64,000 bases of DNA from Alphaproteobacteria bacterium (GTDB lineage Bacteria > Pseudomonadota > Alphaproteobacteria > JAAXGF01): contig CAUVXB020000001.1 in assembly GCA_963555825.3 (NCBI GenBank), positions 192,001 to 256,000 on the forward strand, given 5' to 3'. This document shows, piece after piece, positions 62,469 through 64,000 of the stretch. Each line of letters begins with the position of its first letter. Position 1 is the first letter of the stretch. Under the pieces are notes generated by a model. It saw only the letters and a list, made by a program, of their open reading frames with translations. It searched no databases and was not told the origin of the DNA. A program made the translations under genes and the position numbers.

Positions 62469-63467
62469 ATGCCCGCTGACGGAACGATTTTAGTCACGGG
62501 CGGCGCGGGATACGTTGGCAGTCACGTTGTTTTGGCCCTGATCGACGCGGACTATCGTGTGGTCGTGCTCGATGATCTTTCGACGGGGTTCCGTGACGCC
62601 GTCGCCGCCGATGCAACTTTCGTCGAGGGGGACGCCGGCGATTTGACGCTTACCGATGTGCTAATCGGCGAGCACGGAATCGATGCGGTCATTCATCTGG
62701 CCGCGTCTTCCCTTGTGGAAGAATCGATGGTGCGGCCGCTCGATTACTATCTCAACAATGTCGTCAAGACGCGCGAGCTCATCGCCTCCTGCCTTGCGCA
62801 TGGTATCCGCCATTTCGTGTTTTCGTCGAGCGCGGCGGTTTACGGCGCGCCGGCCGAACAGCCGATCTCCGAGGACGCGCCAAAAGTGCCCGTCAACCCC
62901 TATGGTCGCTCGAAGCTGATATGCGAGTGGATGCTTCGAGACGTCGATGCAACGTCGGCTTTGCGCTACGTGGCGATACGTTACTTCAACGTCGCCGGCG
63001 CCGACCCCTCGGGGCGTACCGGCGAAAGCACGACGCACGCCACCCACCTCATCAAGGTGGCGAGCCAAGCCGTCGTCGGCATTCGGGACCACATCGAAAT
63101 CTACGGCGAGGATTACCCGACGCCGGATGGCACCTGTTTGCGCGACTACATCCACGCGAGCGACGTCGCAGATGCCCATGTCGCCGCGCTGACCCACCTG
63201 CGCCGCGGCGGCGAGAGCCTAACCCTCAATTGCGGCTACCAGCGCGGCTATTCGGTACGCGAGGTATTGGCCGCCGTCGAATACGTCGCCGGCCATAGCC
63301 TCGATATTCGGGGCGGCCCGCGTCGCCCAGGCGATCCGCCCGAACTGATCGCGGCGACCGCGCGGATCGCCGAGACGCTGGGCTGGTGCCCGCGTCACGA
63401 CGATCTCGACGTCATCGTGCGGAGCGCGATCGGTTGGGAGAAGAAGCTGGCCACGAAAGTAGGATAA
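62469..63467 (+). CDS. galE: UDP-glucose 4-epimerase
   Basis: VTGGAGYVGSH, YGRSK, RYFNVAGA and TPDGTCLRDYIH motifs. Confidence 0.95.
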   Translation: MPADGTILVTGGAGYVGSHVVLALIDADYRVVVLDDLSTGFRDAVAADATFVEGDAGDLTLTDVLIGEHGIDAVIHLAASSLVEESMVRPLDYYLNNVVKTRELIASCLAHGIRHFVFSSSAAVYGAPAEQPISEDAPKVPVNPYGRSKLICEWMLRDVDATSALRYVAIRYFNVAGADPSGRTGESTTHATHLIKVASQAVVGIRDHIEIYGEDYPTPDGTCLRDYIHASDVADAHVAALTHLRRGGESLTLNCGYQRGYSVREVLAAVEYVAGHSLDIRGGPRRPGDPPELIAATARIAETLGWCPRHDDLDVIVRSAIGWEKKLATKVG

Positions 63468-63680
63468 GCCACCGTCCAGCCCGTTGTATTATCGAGCACG
63501 GAATGCGGCCAGCCGGAAGTCTGATGCGGCGTCGCGTGCTGTGCCTTAGCGGCCACTGTTTTCAATGGACGTCGCATCGGGTCACGGTGCGGGCAGCATC
63601 GCATCACTTGACCGAAGTTCTGCCGCCAGCATCGCGCGCTATAATCTGCCGTTGATGTCGGCCTTTGGATTGGCGATGGC

Positions 63681-64000
63681 CTATGTCGTCGACATTCTTG
63701 CGCGACGGTCGATGTCGACGGGCTCGTGACCGCGCCATTGAGCCTGCCGTTGCTTCGGGGCGCCCCCGGCGAACCAGTCGTCGAGCGCCGATGCGGTCTC
63801 TTCGGGGCAGATGAGGCCGAGTTTGCTCCGGCGCCACAGGATGTCCTCGGCCGAGCGCGCCCATTCAGTGTCGGCGAGATAGCTGACCTCGCGCTCGAAG
63901 AGGCCGCCGCCAAAATCGCGGCCGAGGCCGTCGGCCCCGTCCGCGCCGTCGAGCAGTGTGGTCGTCCGCGTGCCATAGGCATTGACGTAACGCGCCGCGA
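63681..64000 (-). CDS. glpD: Glycerol-3-phosphate dehydrogenase, C-terminal part (runs off the window)
   Basis: Manual translation AYGTR...LGRDFGGGLFEREVSYL..EWARSAEDILWRRSKLGL; not in the ORF track. Confidence 0.85.
   Translation of the reverse strand, partial: AARYVNAYGTRTTTLLDGADGADGLGRDFGGGLFEREVSYLADTEWARSAEDILWRRSKLGLICPEETASALDDWFAGGAPKQRQAQWRGHEPVDIDRRARMSTT

Noticed and set aside
63395-63982. Track ORFs at the right edge
   Set aside because: Wrong frames; the coding frame is the glpD C-terminus ending at 63681.

Overview
High-GC bacterial DNA, probably alphaproteobacterial (inferred from gene style). A surface-polysaccharide region rich in glycosyltransferases and SAM methyltransferases occupies both ends (1-9472; 56821-63467 with gmd and galE, then the 3' end of glpD). 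Between them lies a ~47 kb accessory region that starts with two translationally coupled P4-like tyrosine integrases and a RecD2 helicase. It carries a fragmented gamma-glutamylation-type amine/polyamine catabolic system (GS-like ligases, two class III aminotransferases, a GATase, a PotABCD-like ABC transporter, a cysteine hydrolase) and many, often nested, IS elements (IS630, IS256, IS21, IS3, IS30, IS110/IS1111, IS66, IS1182, ISNCY). Best candidates for novelty: (1) an IS66-type element with perfect 26-bp IRs and an 8-bp TSD that has no TnpA/TnpB and instead encodes an ~880-aa coiled-coil-extended transposase coupled to a DUF4338 (DruA-like) gene; (2) five IS630 elements, four of them identical, stacked on one self-regenerating CTAG site that appears to swap the -35 box of the ABC-operon promoter; (3) a 430-bp identical block shared by two paralogous aminotransferases; (4) an ISNCY element sitting at the same base of an IS256 terminal repeat twice. 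No rRNA, tRNA or CRISPR array was seen. Family assignments come from motif recognition, not database searches.
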